Shown here one piece after another: positions 62,414-64,000 of a DNA stretch of 64,000 bases. The stretch comes from Planctomycetota bacterium (GTDB lineage Bacteria; Planctomycetota; GCA-002687715; DRQF01). Under the pieces are notes generated by a model. That model ran no database searches. It was not told the origin of the DNA and was given only the letters and a program-made list of their open reading frames with translations. The stretch covers positions 1 to 64,000 of the forward strand of contig JAZGFI010000103.1 in assembly GCA_036479435.1 (NCBI GenBank), written 5' to 3'. Made by a program: the position numbers and the translations under genes. Position 1 is the stretch's first letter, and each line of letters begins with the position of its first letter.

Positions 62414-63358
62414 ATGATCGAAGTTCACAACTTATTCAAACGTTTCGGGGCCTTTGAGGCTTTGAATTTCGTCAGCTTTGAAGTGGAAAAAGGAGAGTCG
62501 GTCGGTCTTTTGGGCGTCAACGGCGCGGGCAAGACCACGACGATGCGGATCTTGTCCTGTTTTTTGCCGCCAAGCTCTGGCACCGTAAAGGTGGGCGGGC
62601 ATGACGTCGTTTTTGGCTCCGGCTCCGTCCGCAAGATCATCGGTTACCTCCCCGAAAACGTCCCACTTTACGGTGCGATGCGAGTCGATGAGTTTTTGCG
62701 TTATCGCGCAAAACTCAAGGGAATACGCGGACGCGAGGTCAAAGAGAGCGTCGATCGAGTTCTCGGCATGGTTCACCTTGATGGCCGCCGGCGCAGCCTG
62801 ATTCAGACCCTGTCGAAGGGTTTGCGCCAACGTGCTGGGCTCGCTGACGCCTTGGTGCACAATCCGGATCTGCTCATCCTCGATGAGCCGACTTCCGGTC
62901 TCGATCCCACCCAAAGGATTGAGGTGAGAGAAATGGTGAAGTCTTTGAAAGAGGACCACACGATTCTGATCTCGAGCCACATTCTTCCTGAAATCGAAGC
63001 TTCCTGTGATCGCGTCGTGGTCATTAACGACGGCACCGTGGTCGCCGAGAAAAAGATCGACGAGTTGCGACGCTTCGGCGATTCGGACCGTTTCCAAATA
63101 TTGGTGCGCGGTGACAAAGAGACGATCTTGAAAGTGCTCGAGGAGCAAATTGACCTCAGGGTTGAGGACAGCGAAGAGCGCGCCACATCGGAGTTCCTTT
63201 TCTCCCTTTCGACCCCTGATCGCGAAAATGGCCGGGCGGACGTGAACCGGCGGCTAGTACGGGCGGACTTTGCCGTGCTCGGACTCATGAGCCGTGACCT
63301 GAGCCTCGAAGAGGCCTTCGTTCGTCTGATCAAAGCGGGGGAGGGTGCTTCAAAGTGA
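62414..63358 (+). CDS. ABC transporter ATP-binding protein (GldA-like)
   Basis: GVNGAGKTTTMR, IGYLPENVPLY, LSKGLRQR, LDEPTSGLDP, SSHILPE. Confidence 0.92.
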   Translation: MIEVHNLFKRFGAFEALNFVSFEVEKGESVGLLGVNGAGKTTTMRILSCFLPPSSGTVKVGGHDVVFGSGSVRKIIGYLPENVPLYGAMRVDEFLRYRAKLKGIRGREVKESVDRVLGMVHLDGRRRSLIQTLSKGLRQRAGLADALVHNPDLLILDEPTSGLDPTQRIEVREMVKSLKEDHTILISSHILPEIEASCDRVVVINDGTVVAEKKIDELRRFGDSDRFQILVRGDKETILKVLEEQIDLRVEDSEERATSEFLFSLSTPDRENGRADVNRRLVRADFAVLGLMSRDLSLEEAFVRLIKAGEGASK

Positions 63359-64000
63359 GACGCTTCTTCGTTCTGTTTGGTCGCGAACTCAAGGCGACTT
63401 TCGATTCTTTCGGGTTCTTTTTGCTCCTAGCCATCGTGATGGGCATCACCGGCTTCACTTTCCAAAACCTCTTGCAGGGAACCGGGGGTGAAATGGACTT
63501 CGCTCTGCGAGGCCTGCAGTCCTGGTTGTTTTGGCTAACCATCGTCTTGACGCCGCTGTTGACGATGCGCCTGTTTGCGGAAGAAAAGCGCTCAGGGTCT
63601 TTTGAACTGTTGATGACCGCACCGGTGTCAGACGCCCAGGTCGTCTTGGCGAAGTATTTCTCGAGCGCATTGATCTTCGCCACTTTCATGCTGCCCTTGT
63701 GGGTGCTGCATGCCTTGCTTGCTCTTTTTTTTGACGCCGAACCGGATTGGGGCCAACTCTGCGCGACGAGTATCGGCCTGTTGGGGCTCGCTATTGTCTT
63801 CCTTGCGGTGGGGCTGTTCGCATCAGCGGTGAGCAGTCAGCAGCTATGGGCCGGCATCTTGGCCCTCATCGGCAACATGGTCTTGATGGCCTTGGGGACC
63901 CTGCAGAGTTTCTTTGACGCGGGTAGTACCTTCAGTCGATTCTTCCGGTACATCAATCTCAGCGAACACCTTGGCACCGCGCTCGGTGGGGTGATTGACT
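63355..64000 (+). CDS. ABC-2 permease (GldF-like), truncated by the window end
   Basis: GTG at 63355 (GTGA overlap): MRRFFVLFGRELK...PLLTMRLFAEEKRSGSFELLMTAPV...VVLAKY; absent from the ORF track because it has no stop in the window. Confidence 0.88.
   Translation, partial: MRRFFVLFGRELKATFDSFGFFLLLAIVMGITGFTFQNLLQGTGGEMDFALRGLQSWLFWLTIVLTPLLTMRLFAEEKRSGSFELLMTAPVSDAQVVLAKYFSSALIFATFMLPLWVLHALLALFFDAEPDWGQLCATSIGLLGLAIVFLAVGLFASAVSSQQLWAGILALIGNMVLMALGTLQSFFDAGSTFSRFFRYINLSEHLGTALGGVID

Overview
GC-rich (about 58-60%) chromosomal window of mostly housekeeping genes, probably from a Planctomycetota bacterium. This is inferred from the fused SecDF, the HEAT-repeat+vWA protein, the carboxypeptidase-regulatory repeat protein, the Sua5-LMW phosphatase fusion and a TraB-like protein. 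It holds about 55 genes: ygfZ-like/iscS/iscA, tRNA-Gly(GCC), a TPR-amidase lipoprotein and LysM protein, trmD-rplS-secDF, ribE-trpS, dtd, ruvC, ispDF, an HD-GYP + pseudopilin module, cls, an RND efflux trio, rlmD, btpA + cysteine-dioxygenase-like + hydrolase, two ABC systems, recD2, PilZ, NhaC, rpiB, a sigma54 two-component pair and dnaK. I saw no integrase, transposase, CRISPR array or rRNA. The most unusual signals are non-coding. (1) A ~480-nt densely paired element between convergent genes (37800-38290) with GNRA/UUCG loops, long-range helices, a pseudoknot and mutually exclusive pairings is a candidate large ncRNA that I cannot assign to a family. (2) Two further hairpin-rich intergenic elements lie at 35850-35990 and 55700-56140. 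(3) A six-copy palindromic REP-like array lies at 47214-47356. (4) A sigma54 promoter with enhancer-like palindromes links the NtrC-type pair to dnaK. All calls are by eye; starts were chosen by RBS context and are approximate.
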